Assembly: GCF_020745735.1 (NCBI RefSeq)
Contig: NC_083409.1
Coordinates: 19,612,341-19,676,340 of the forward strand
From: Hemiscyllium ocellatum
Lineage: Eukaryota
Reading direction: 5' to 3'
Length of the DNA: 64,000 nucleotides
In this document: one piece after another, positions 34,601-46,560 of the stretch
Layout of the letters: each line of letters opens with the position of its first letter
How positions within the stretch are numbered: position 1 is the stretch's first letter
Made by a program: the position numbers and the translations under genes
Notes under the pieces: generated by a model
Database searches by the model: none
What the model saw: only the letters and a program-made list of their open reading frames with translations
Told to the model about the DNA's origin: nothing

Positions 34601-35223
34601 CATGTCCACCCCTGTCGGACACCAGAGCCTCCACATCATATCGATAGTTTCACATCTTTGCTGAGACTCTCTCTTTGGGAGTGTCACTCTTACTCTTTTG
34701 GGAAAAGATTCTGAATGATCTCTGTCTCTGTCTCATCCTTGGAGGCCTCCCACTGCCCTGTCACTGATCTCCCATCACGTCGATGGTTCCAGTACTCTTT
34801 TATCAAATTACCACACAGTTTGGTAAAATGAGTTGTTCCCAAATAAAAACTTTTACACTTGCTCCATGGTTCTCCATTTCCATCCCTATTCTCAATCTCA
34901 CTGAGTTCTGATCACTGTCACTAAAATGCTCCCACATTGATAGCCCTTCCAGCTGCCCACATTCATTCCTTAAATGGTGGTCCAGGACTGTCCCTTCTCT
35001 TTCTGCTGCGTCACCATCACCTTCTCAAGGACAATTAGGGATGGGCAGCGACTGGCTCAGCCAGTGCCGTACACGTCCCAAAAAGCAATTTTTAAAATGC
35101 CAGTGCTTTTGTCAGGTCTGCTAGGTACTGGATACAAATGTTCAAATGTTTTACCAGTTAATGTTCAGAGAGTTTATGTACCTTCAAAAGGCAGGGATTA
35201 AAATTGTTTCTCTTGTCTTTCAG

Positions 35224-35543
35224 GCCGTGACAACTCTCAGCCCAAGCTGACCCTGCTGCCCCCCTCCCCAGAGCAGGTCAATGTCAAGGGCACTGCCACC
35301 CTGGTGTGCCTTGCCAATCACTTCTATCCCGATGAGCTGGAGGTGCAGTGGAAGAAGGATGGTGCAGTCATTTCGGACGGGGTTCAGACCAGCAACTACC
35401 TGCGAGCTTCGGACAGCACCTACAGTGTCAGCAGCCTGCTGACCCTCTCTGGGCCTGACTGGGAGTCCAACGCTCACTACCTCACCCACGTGACCCTCCC
35501 CTCTCCCCTCAGCAAGAGCATCAGGAGATCAGAATGTGTGTAG
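35224..35543 (+). pseudogene. IGKC: Ig kappa constant exon C1: open frame, but a 9-nt in-frame deletion removes the second Ig-domain Cys (ESNAHYLTHV versus ESNARFSCALTHV)
   Basis: Phase-1 acceptor at 35223. (S)RDNSQPKLTLLPPSPEQ...LVCLANHFYP...QWKKDG...SECV*. Direct comparison with C2. Confidence 0.9.
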
Positions 35544-36057
35544 AGTGTTCAAGACAGTCCACAGAGGAGACACAACTTTAAATAGGACAGGGCTGAGCTG
35601 GCAGGTCAAAGGTCATTGTCAGCACTGAATTTCAACTCTCTTCCTTCACAGGACTGGCTCAGAGACACTTCTGACCTTCAGGGGTTAAGGCAGGTCATTG
35701 GGATAGTGTAGAGAAAACTTTACTCTTTATCTAGCCCCATGCCTTCCCTGACCTGGATGTGTTTGATGGGGACAGTATTAACTTGCGATGTCAAGTATAA
35801 CCTCTAGAAGATCCTAAAGACTGTCAGCTGTGCAAAAACAATGTGAACCTCAAAAGTCTCTGCTTCAGTAAAACAGACCTTCTTTCTGCTCAGCCACCAG
35901 TTCCAATTTAAGGTTTTGTCACTGTTTAAAGGGACAGGATTCTCATGTTATTGAGAAAATCTCCTCAAGCTCTATTGTGGCTGTGAATTTGTGCAGCTTC
36001 CTCTGTCTGGGCTGTTAATTGCTGACTGTTTTTTGTCAATGTCAATCTGGAAAAGGG

Positions 36058-36063
36058 AATAAA
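36058..36063 (+). terminator. Polyadenylation signal for C1
   Basis: AATAAA about 515 nt after the stop, followed by a GT-rich element; conserved at 54050. Confidence 0.65.
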
Positions 36064-36255
36064 GATGAAGAAGATTCAGTCTCTGACTCTGTGTGCTTTG
36101 GGAATGGCCAGAGCTGAGTCCTCAGGGATAGGTGTACGAAGTGAAAAGCTCCACCCCACCCCCAGGTATGGAGCAGGAAGGGGAGAATAGAGGGGGCAAT
36201 GGGGAACACAATAATCTGATGGGAATTCCCCTGAACACCAACACATCCTTTCAGC

Positions 36256-36691
36256 ACAGCAAGATCCCGAGCCAAGCAGTTCAGTTCACATTTTATTGAT
36301 CAATTTGACCAGCAGGATCTTACTACCTCGAATAACAATACCATAGGGTTTGCAAAGTAAATATTCCATACAACATTTGATTGGTATTTGGAGAGAATGT
36401 GCAAAATCCACATAGACATTCGCCTGAGGTGAGGATCGAACCTAGGTCCCTGGTACTATGAGGTAGCAGTGCTAGCCACTGAGCCACCATACTGACTGGA
36501 TCCATCCCTGATACAAAATATTCTGATCACAATTCCCCCTCCACACCAACCCATCCATCAGGTACAGCAAGATCCTGAGCCAAGCAAATCAGATCAGGGT
36601 CACTGGGGACACTCTATTGATCAATATGATCAGCAGAATCTTGGAACTCAGAATAACAATTCCACAGGGTTTGGGTAATAAATATTCCATA
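36256..36691. repeat. Local diverged tandem duplication (36256-36370 and 36564-36691), separated by a SINE fragment
   Basis: Shared acagcaagatcc.gagccaagca, tattgatcaat.tga.cagcag.atctt and aatattccata. Confidence 0.8.
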
Positions 36692-37127
36692 AATTAGACC
36701 TGGGTTTTCTTTACTCTTCAAATGAGATGGAATTGCCCTGTGTGTCCATGGAGTCAGATTGAGAATGTTCAGTCTGGGAGTCATGGCTGGGGGGACAGTC
36801 AATGATAAACTGGTTCCAACTTCAGCTGTCACATTCTGTAGCCCCTGGGCCATCTCAGTGACAACCAGCCAGAGCTCAGGGTGGATTCCAGAGCAGCTCA
36901 TTGTCCTGACTGTTGTGTTCCTCAGTCCACATGTGGCTCCAGCAATCTCACTCCATGGTTCTCGTATCAGTGGGAACCATGGGGCTGAAATCATATCCAA
37001 ACGGAATCTCACACAGCGGGGAGGCTGCTGGTGGATCAGAAACCCCTTGGATTCAGTCCCAGATTCCACCGTGGCTCTTTCATCAAACACAGCATTAGCA
37101 CACTGACACCACATTCAGAGGGCAATC
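36614..37127 (-). pseudogene. Possible decayed Ig-superfamily-like gene, paralogous to 27974-28182 and 24950-25249
   Basis: 166-aa ORF containing ESGTESKGFLIHQQPPRCVRFRL and GLQNVTAEVGTSLSL. Acceptor at 37128-37130; upstream TATAAAA at 37432-37438. Confidence 0.35.
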
Positions 37128-38879
37128 CTGAGATGGGGCAAGTTTGGTTCTTGATTCCAATGTGAGGAAATGGGGGCTGGGTGTGAAATGTCTAGTCTGA
37201 AACTGGTGGGGGTACTTTATAATGAAGAATAGAAACTGATTTCAGGATAAAGTCAGGTGTTGATGGGAGTGAGGAATATCTCAGTGATCTGTCTCCAGAA
37301 TCCACAGACAACACACATCCTTCTGTCAGACACTGAAGTCTGAGAAAGCAGCTCATCGACATCCAATTTTTCTCCAACCTTCCCAGAAAAGGTGAAATAT
37401 TCTCTGTCTGAGTGATTCCCTGGGCAGGGCATTTTATAAAGGGCTGTGGGAAGGGAACTGTTGACTCTCAATGACAAAGCCAATGGAAGGATGTGGAGCT
37501 GACACTGTGAAACGTAAGGGCGCAGAAGATGACACCAGAAGCAATTCAATGTTGTCACTCTCTCCTTTGGTAATAATTGGTTTTCCCTCATAATGTATTC
37601 GATCCACCTGTCTTTCTTGCTTTGCTTCTTTTGACTTGAGTCTGTGGGGACTTCCATCAAAACCCAAACTCCTCACACTCATCCTGGCCCCTGAAGAGAT
37701 TGGTTAGAGAAGACTGGATTACAACAAGTGTCACAGGTATTTCATATCTTACCACATTGAATCAAACCATTGAGCCCATTAATGTTCAAAACAGATTCCA
37801 GCATTAAAGTCACATTTGTTGGTTATAAAAGTAACGTATTTCTCAGGCTGAAAGAAGGAAGCTTCAGACTGAGAAATGATCTAACTTTACCCAGATCCTG
37901 AGCATTGGCAAGTGGAACTAGATTGCGTTGGGATATCTGTTCAGCGTGGACGAGTTGGACCGAAGGTTCTGTCTCCGTGCTGTACATCTCTATGACTCTA
38001 ATAGCACAACAGAACAAAGTGATACCAATTAGCACCAGTATAAATACAGGGCAGCCTATATCCTGCAGTTGGCACTCAGTGCAGCTGGCACAGAGGGGGA
38101 TGCTGGGAAGTTTGGTCAATGTGGGAGTTCGGTGAACTGACTGTCACTTCAGCTGATGGGAGCATGCACATGCACTTGGATTGAAAATAGCAAAATAATA
38201 AACAAGGGGACAGGAGTCTGTTGACCAGATCAGCTGGGAAGAGCTTTGTGTAAGGAACCATATAAATAGTATGCTTAGGAAACCTCAAATAGGGAAATCC
38301 AAGAAATGAAAAGCACTGAAACATTGATCCAGAGACTGAGGACAATGACTAGTTTAATGAAAGAATTGATTTCTTTCATTTGTAAGTGGGATCAGCATTT
38401 GTTCATTAAACTGAAATGATTCAGGGTAAATATATCTGTAGTGTCTGTATAAAACTACAGCAACTCCCACTCAGGGGGTCTGGATTGGAAGCTGAGTTGT
38501 AAGAATCCTGATACATCAGGGAGGGGCAGCGATACCTGGAGACTTTGTTCCAGGTGGAAGGTGTAAGCCTCAGGACTGGGCAGTCCAATTCCATGTTAGT
38601 AAGGGGCAGGAGGGTATGACCCAAGAGGGGGTCAGATAAGGGTTTGGAGAATACAGGAAAACCCTCACTCTTCGAAACTCCAGTGAGAACAAGGCCAGCC
38701 TTTCCAATACTTCCTCACCACACAGCCCCCTCATACCATGGATCAGTCGGGTAAGACTCCTCTGAAACACATCCAATGGATTTATATTCTTTCTGCAATT
38801 AGGAAACCAAAAGTTCATACAAACCCTGAGACGTCCAGGATGAACTGAAACATCACATTCGCACTTTCAGATCCCTAAT

Positions 38880-39280
38880 CACACCTGCTCTTACTTTTCA
38901 CCAGCCTTGTTACTGTCCATCTCTCATTGTCATGTACACAGTGGCGCGGAGCTGCTTTCTTGAACCGCTGCAGTCTGTGTGCTGTAGGTAGACCCACAAT
39001 GTGCGGAGGAAGGGAATTCCAGGATTCTGACCCAGTAACAATGTAGGAACAGTGATATATTTCCATATCAGTATACTGAATGGCTTGGAGGGGAACGTGC
39101 AAAGAGCGGTGTTCCTGTGTATCTGCTACCATGTCCTTCTTGATGGACTTGGTCATGGGTTTGGAAGGTGCTGTCTCAGGATCTTTGCTGAACCTCTGCA
39201 ATGTATCTTGTAGATAGTGCACACAGCTGTTACTGAGGGTCAGTGTGGAGGCAATGGATATATGTCGATGTAGTACCAAC
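38880..39280 (-). mobile_element. L2-like LINE 3' fragment
   Basis: ORF 38875-39306: GSESWNSLP...HRLQRFKKAA. Confidence 0.75.
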
Positions 39281-40649
39281 CAAGCCGGCTGAAATTTGAT
39301 AAACAAGATTTAAATAAAACAAAATAACATAAAACAGTTTGAAATTAAACAAAATCATCAAAAACTGTGGTGTCTTTTTAATAAACATCACTGAATCCAA
39401 AACATTATTCCCTCCTCTCTCTAAAGCAGCTGCACCTGTTCCCTTTTTCCAGCATCTTGTTTTATTTGAGATTTGCAGTATTTTACTCTTGTATCTGTTT
39501 TAATGCCATTGGTTACAAGAGAAGTATTGGTCAGCACACTGGGGAGATTTTCCCTGAGATGGTCACAAAGCCCTTATATTCACATTGACCTGAGAGGGCA
39601 GTGGTTTAATCGATCATCCAGCAGATGGCATCTTTACCTTTGCCAGCCTCAGGATAGTGCTCCAGTGTCTGGAGTGGGGCTTGAAACCTGCAGGTTCAGG
39701 TGACGGTGTTACCACTGAGCCCATCTATTCTTTCCTGGGATGTGGGTGTCACTGGCAAGACCAGCATTTGTTCTCCATCCCTAACTGCCCTGAAACTGAG
39801 TGGCTTGCTCGGCCTTTCAAATGGCAGGTAAGGGTCAGCCACATTGCTGGAGTCCTGGCAGAGTCAGACATCTACAACAGGTCTACAAGAACAAGGCCTT
39901 TCGGCCCAATGAGCCAAAGCCAGTCAAACAAACACCTCACTATTCTAATTCCCTGTTCCAGCACTTGGCCCGTAGTCCTGTGTGCCTTGGCATCAAAGCT
40001 GCACATCGAAATACTTCAATGTTATGGGAGTGCTTCTGCCTCAATTATCCTTACAGAAAGCAAGTTACAAATGACCACCACCTTCTGCATGAAAGTGTGT
40101 TTTCTCATATTCCCTCTTAATCTTCTGCTATTTTCCTTAAATCTACGCCCCAGGACATTGATCATTAAATAAGTCCACATCATCAAGTCACCCTTTTATT
40201 TACACATCAACCATCCTTGACTGTATTGTCTCATATAAAGTTAGGCACCAGAGGTGCAGGGTCCCTAACACTCAACCTGTTTGATGTCAGTAAGTCATCT
40301 CCCTGTTATATCCTTTGTAAAGATTTGAGCTTTTCTTGTGAAACTCCTTTGAGATTTTTTAATGGCACAGAGTCTTCCACACACTCCCATCTCTCTTGAT
40401 GCTCACCCTTGTCTGGTTAATTCTTCCATTTCCTTCTCTTCTTTCAGTTCATTCCATTTCAGTAAAGTCTGTGATATTTCCACGGAGGATGTGTACTTGA
40501 AACCGCCAGACAGAAGCTCCTGTGAAGAAGCACTACAATAGAAGGAAGGCTGATATTTGCAGGAAGCCTGGACTGTGCCCTTGTGAACCTTTTCCAAACA
40601 TTTCCATGTGATCTGTCAGCTTCCTTCAACTCTTCCCATTTCCTCCAAA

Positions 40650-42140
40650 TCCAGTAGGTGGCCATGGGTCCCAGCTATGTCTGCTTGTTGTCGGCTACAT
40701 CAAACAACACCTCACCAGTACATGCACAGGCACCGTTCCCCAAATCTTCCACCATTACATCAGTGACTGCATCAGTGCTGCATCCACCACCCAGGCTGAA
40801 CTGGAGCAGTTCATCGAATTTGCTAACAACTTCCAACCTGCCCTTAAATTCACGTAGTCTATCTTGGACAAATCCTTCTCCTTTCTTGACCGCCCCATTT
40901 CCATCTCCGCTGACAGTCTCGGAACAGACATTTACTGTAAACCCACAGACTCACACAACTACCTGGACAACACCTTCTCCCAACCAGTATCCTGCAAGAA
41001 GACCATCCCATTTTCCCAATTCTTCCATCTCCGTCACATCTGCTCGAACGAGGAGATGCTCCACTCCCAAGTGTCCCAGATGTCCACCTGTTTTTAACGA
41101 TGTACTTTTCCCACCTCTGCCATCCAGAAAGCCTTCCACCGCACCTCCTCCATTCTCTGCTCTCCAAATCTAAACACCCCCCTCCAAAATTCAATAAAGA
41201 CAGGGTTCCCTTTGTCTTCAACTTACACCCCACCAATCTCCGCATCCAACGTATCATCCTCAAACAATTCTGCCAACTCCAGCTAGACCCCCACCACCAA
41301 GAACATCTTACCCTCCCCACCCCTCTCTGCCTTCCACAAGGACTGTTCCCTTTGCCAATCCTTGGTTTTCACCACACTTCACACCTACCCCCTCCTTCCC
41401 CAACAAAACCCTGGTACCTTCCCCTGCAACCGTAAAAGTTGCAAAACCTGCCGACACACCACCCCTGTCATTTCCATCCAGGGCCCCAGTCCTTCCAGGT
41501 CAGACAGAGGTTCACCTGCCTCTTCTCCAACCTAGTTTATTGTATCCGGTGCACCCGTTGTGGTCTTCTCTGCATCGGTGAGACCAAACATAAACTAAGG
41601 GCATGTTTTGCTGAGCATCTCAGCCAGGCTCACAAAGGCTGACCTGGCCTCCCAGTCACTGCCTATTTCAATTCCCCTTCCTATTGCCTCTCAGACATGA
41701 CCATCCTCTGCCTTCTCCATTGCCACAAGCAATCGGACTGCAAATTGGAGGAACAAATAATTATCTTTTGCCCGGGGTAGCTTAGAACCCAGAGGAATCA
41801 ACATTGAGTTCTCCAATTTCAAAAAGCTTCCCTTTCCCAACTTTCAACTCCCTTTCCTGTCCCCCTCCTTCATTCTATTCCACTTACAGACCCTCCCTTC
41901 CAGCCACCAAATGGATTCATTCCTCCCATCAACCAACCACTTCAAACCCTCTACCTGTGTTCATCACTCAATACCTTCCACTCCACCATTCCCCCCACCC
42001 ACCCAAACAACTGATCCCACCTTGATTTGCAGCTCCCCCTACCCCCACCTGCAGTTCTGAAGAAGGGTTATACCCGAAATGTTGACTTCTCCACCTCCAG
42101 ATTCTGCCTCGCTTGCTGTGTTCTTCCAGCCTCCTGCAAG
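40650..42140 (+). mobile_element. 5'-truncated Penelope-like element (RT C-terminus, GIY-YIG endonuclease, terminal repeat)
   Basis: MAMGPSYVC, YCKPTDSHNYL and NLVYCIRCTRCGLLCIGETKHKLRACFAEH (ORF 41439-41642). Confidence 0.9.
42053..42087 (+). ncRNA. Minimal type-I hammerhead ribozyme motif in the Penelope terminal repeat
   Basis: agtt-CTGAAGA-A-GGGT-tat-ACCC-GAAA-tgtt-gact: core intact, stem II 4 bp, stem I 4 bp, GUU triplet. Confidence 0.6.
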
Positions 42141-44893
42141 CCTCCATCCCAGCCTGATAACCATCTCGGACACTGGAAGGAAATGCCCAGGGCGCACGTT
42201 AACATGGTGAAAAAGCCTTTCAGCTGAAGCTTCAGTGTTTGCCTTCAGTGTGGATTTTCAGTTACTGATTTACTCCCCTGTTATGTGACAGGAAGAAAGA
42301 ACACTTGTTGGTGCAGTGTTTTTTCAATCGTCCCAAGATATTTAAAGCTGCCTGCACAGTGCAATCACCTTCACAAGACAAAATGCTGAGGTCCCAAAAT
42401 CAGCAAACGAATGACGAGACAAATCTGTTTTGGTGGCATTAGATGAATATTGAGCAGGATACCCGAGGGAATCTCTTTTAGAATGGGATCTTGTCGAGCC
42501 CCCTGAGGTGGAGGGATTGGGGTCTGGGTGGTGCTGGGGAACATCCCATACATAACATGGTGCCAGAATTCACTGCAGTCTCAACCTGGATTCTGTGTTC
42601 TCATTTCTGAGGTGGCTTTCAATCCGATGACCATTTTGACTATGAGGCAGGAACATTGCCCATGGAGTCACCATCAGTAACAATGTAAACTGTGTGGCTC
42701 TGAAAGCCTGAGTCTGCATCTCAGCTCGGGAGGATATCATCTCATTCATCAAATCTGTTTCTGCCCCTCTGCAGGCTGACCAGGCTGCCGGTGCCTTTCC
42801 AACACTCCCAGGTTTTCCCATGTGCCACAGCTCATTCTGCTGAGGGATAGTTTACTTGGAGTCGAAAAGTGTGGTGCTGGAAAAGCACAGCAGGTCAGGC
42901 AGTTGTGCTCAGGCCGAGGACATGACCTTGCCCCTCTGTCAGATCCTCTTCGAGACACTCATGGCTCACCACCGCCCTCTCCAGGACAGTTAGGGAAGGG
43001 CAACAGCAAGGATGGAGATGGGGACGCGGAGCTGCAAGTGCTACTCTGCAGTTTGGTGACCCACTTTGATAGCTGTTTGTTCGATCTTTGAGTGTAATTC
43101 ATTTTTTTTGCTGATCCCAGTGTCAATCCAAAGGACACTCCACCTTTCAGTCTGACAAACCAGGGTCACCCATGTCATGGCTCTATATCTGGCTGAGAGT
43201 CCAGTCTTTCAAAGAGATGAATTCAAGCCTCACCAATTTGATCATTTTAATTTTACATCATTTCTCTTGATTTCTCTTGGAATGGGCGGGCGTTGCCTTT
43301 CCCCAATTGTCCTGGAGAGGGCGGTGGTGAGCCATGTAATATCTGGAAAGGAAGGCGTTGGAATTTGTACAAAAAAAGACATGAAATTCAATGTGATGTT
43401 CACAAATGTTCTTTCATTGAGGGAGCCTGGTCTGTGACTCCTGCCCCACTGTGACATGATCCATTTTTAATGACCCCATGATCTGGCTCAGCAAAGAACT
43501 TAATCCAAGCAACTGGGGGTGGGCAATAATTATGAAGCTCACCAATGATGAAGCAGAAATAATAATGAGAAGGAATAATGCAGCTCCTTGCTGTCTGCCT
43601 TTTAGCCTCTGAGCCAGCACACTCTCACCATTCTGGGTTTCTAATCCTCTAACATTAATTCATTAGAGTGTGGGAATACATGAAGAGGTTTTATTTTGAA
43701 CTGTAAGGTCTCTTTTCTCCGTGACTCTCTCCTTTTCAACCCCCTACAATCCTGTCACCAGATGCTTGTGCTGACAGCCTTGTTGTGCAGAGTGAAAGCT
43801 CTCGGTGTTCTCTGAGGCCTCACTGCCTTGTGTCTGTCTCCACTGCAACATAAGGCAAATGACGTGTTTCTGAAACCCTGTTGAACTTAAATGCCAGCAA
43901 AGAAAATGACTGCAACAAGAGTTGAGTTGGTCTTGTTAAAGAAAATAATTTTAACTTTTGTCATTTTTGTCAGTGAGTAACAAAGGAAAGCTGGGGGTCG
44001 AGGATTGCTGCAGCCTCTGTCAGAACATAGGGCCCAGGAGCAGGACCAGGCCTTTTGGGAGCTGCTGCGCCAATGGAGAAGATCACTGCTCATCGGGTTA
44101 TGGTCTCACCTGTACTTTCTGCTTCCCCACCCCCTCCCATTATCCTTAATTGCCTTGTTCATCAAAAAATCCCTCTACTGTAACCATGTACCAACTCCAT
44201 GAGTGAACCTCCATTCCCATGTAGAGAAGAGGATTCCACAGACTGTCAACCATCAGCAAGAAAACTCCTCCTTCCCTTTAAACGGGAGACTGCTTCGTGT
44301 TAAACTGGCCCCCAGTTTTCATCTGCCCTATAACAGGATCCACCCTCTCAGTATCCAGCCTGTGATGTCACCTTGAGATCAAAATCTGTTAATGAGAGAG
44401 AACAGGTTACATCAGTGAGACTTTTCCCCAGACACGATGAACAGTGTTGATGTAAATTGCTTTCTCCAGTCCCAGAGTCTAGAACAAGAGGGTTGTTAAA
44501 ATTGTAATTCAGACAATTTCAGGAAAAATTCCATCTGACAGAGTGATGGAAATCTGGAACCCTCAATCCAAAATAAAAAGTTGTTGAGATTGAGTTTCAA
44601 TGTTCATTTTCTCAGGGCAGTACAGTTTACAGGACAAAGGGAGAATGTATTCCAGGTCAGCCATGGCCTGATTAACTGGGGAACTAGGTCAAAGCAACTG
44701 ATTGGTCATTCCCACTGGAATCCACTGGAATGACTACTGGTGTGTTTGTGGCTAATAAAAGGAGTCATTACCCATAGTCTTCAGGAGCTGTGCAAGTCCT
44801 CCATAGTAACTAGAAAGCAGCTGTTTCACTGTGCCCGAACAATACAAAGTCAGAGGACAGAGGTTCTAGCCCAACTGATTAATTTGAAATTTA

Positions 44894-44899
<6 letters not shown>

Positions 44900-44937
<38 letters not shown>
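44900..44937. repeat. (GA)n microsatellite
   Basis: Uninterrupted ag repeat. Confidence 0.95.
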
Positions 44938-44939
<2 letters not shown>

Positions 44940-45042
44940 TTAGGTAAGGGGTAAAACGTATGGGTGGGTTGCGCTTCGGCGGATCGGTGTGGACTTGTTG
45001 GGCCGAAGGGCCTGTTTCCACACTGTAAGTAATCTAATCTAA
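44938..45042 (+). mobile_element. Young HE1-type SINE, 3' third
   Basis: Nearly identical to 15132-15246. Absent from the right arm of the duplication. Confidence 0.9.
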
Positions 45043-45479
45043 AAAAATGAACTTTTGGGTAACTTTTGATGGTCCTCACAGTGTGCTATTTTATTCATGA
45101 TGTGATACACGGAGACTATGTCAGCGTTGGGTGGCAAAAAGTTTATTTCCTCCTTTAGCCCCTTTCCAAAACTCTCTCTCCATCTTGCTTTAATCCTTAT
45201 TGACTCTTCTACAATCGCCTCTATTTCCTCACTCCTTTCCAGTCCCAAAGGAACATATGGACAGACGTCATGACCCCACTCTGCCTTAAGTTTCATGTGT
45301 AGTGTGTTGGAACTTGGGCCCCTGCCTCAGGCCCAGGTGTAGGGGCCTGTTCAACAATCTGCACATTGTCCTATGTCTCTTTCTGAGTGAACTGGATCAA
45401 GTTGCAGTAACGATCTGGCAACAAGGTGTCTTGTCTAATATGTTCCCAGCACTGGGTACAGAACTGGCTGTGTCAGAGG

Positions 45480-46560
45480 CGATAGAGGTTAGTGATGGAA
45501 GGATGGATTTCAGAATGGAGGACTGTGTCTTGTGGGGTTTCACAGGGATCAATGATGGGACCTTTGCTGTTCATGGTCTCCATTAGTGATTTGAATGAAA
45601 ACATGGCTAGTCTAATTGATGAGTTTGTGGATGCCACAAAGATTGCTGGAGTTGCAGTTAATGATCAGATTATTAGAGGATACAGCAGGACATAGATCAA
45701 TTGGATGCATGGATAGAAAATGGCATATGACATTTAATCCAGATAAACGTGAAATGATGTATTTTGAAAGATGAAATACAGGCGGCAGAATACCTGCACA
45801 GTGAATGGCAGAATCCATTGGAGTATTGAAATGCAGAGGGATCTGGATGTACATGTTCACAGATCACTGATGGTGGCAGCACCTAAGGTAGTTAAAAAGG
45901 CCAATGGCAGGCTTGGCTACATTGGGAGGAGCAGTGAGGATTGGGATAGACAAGTTATACCGCAGCTTTACTGAGCTTTAGTTTGGCCACAATTGGAATA
46001 TTTGCATAGAGTTCTGGTCACCACATGACCAGAAGGATGTGGATGTTTTGGAGAGGGTACAGAAAAGATTTACCATGAATGCTATCTGATATGGAGGGTT
46101 TTAGTGATGAAGGAAGGTTGGATAGACTGGATTTTTTTTCGTTGGAATGTAGAAGGTTAAAGGGCAATCTTATAGAAGTTTATGAAATTGTGAATGGCAT
46201 GGAGAGAGTGGGAAATATGAGAGTTTTTCCCAGGGGAGAGGGGTCAGTTACAGTGGACACAGGTTCAAGGTGTGTGTGTGTGGGGGTGGGGGGGGGGTGG
46301 GGTGGGGATTTAAAACAGATGTGTGAGGTAAATATTTCACACAAACGGTGGTGAGGGGCTGGAACACGCTGCCAGTGGAGGTGGTGGAAGCAGACACAAT
46401 AGCAGCTTTCAAGAAATACCTGGATGAACACATGGATAGGAAGAGAACAGAGGGATATGAACCCTGTAGGTGAATACAGTTTCAGTGAGGAAGCACAAAA
46501 TGTGTCAGCACAGGCTTGAAGGGCCGAAGGGCCTGTTCCTGTGCTGTAATGTTCCTTGTT
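45480..46560 (+). mobile_element. 5'-truncated CR1, duplicated with the inverted arm (partner 49920-51030, minus)
   Basis: RT C-terminal ORFs at 45492, 45771 and 46079; same flanks as the partner copy. Confidence 0.85.

Noticed and set aside
40448-40541. Strong acceptor followed by a short frame (…DISTEDVYLKPPDRSSCEEALQ*) resembling a tyrosine-motif tail
   Set aside because: Only about 30 codons, no upstream partner exon and no recognisable homology.
42570-42821. ORF conserved with 52430-52651
   Set aside because: Conservation reflects the recent inverted duplication, and the sequence overlaps an old SINE; the stop positions differ between copies.
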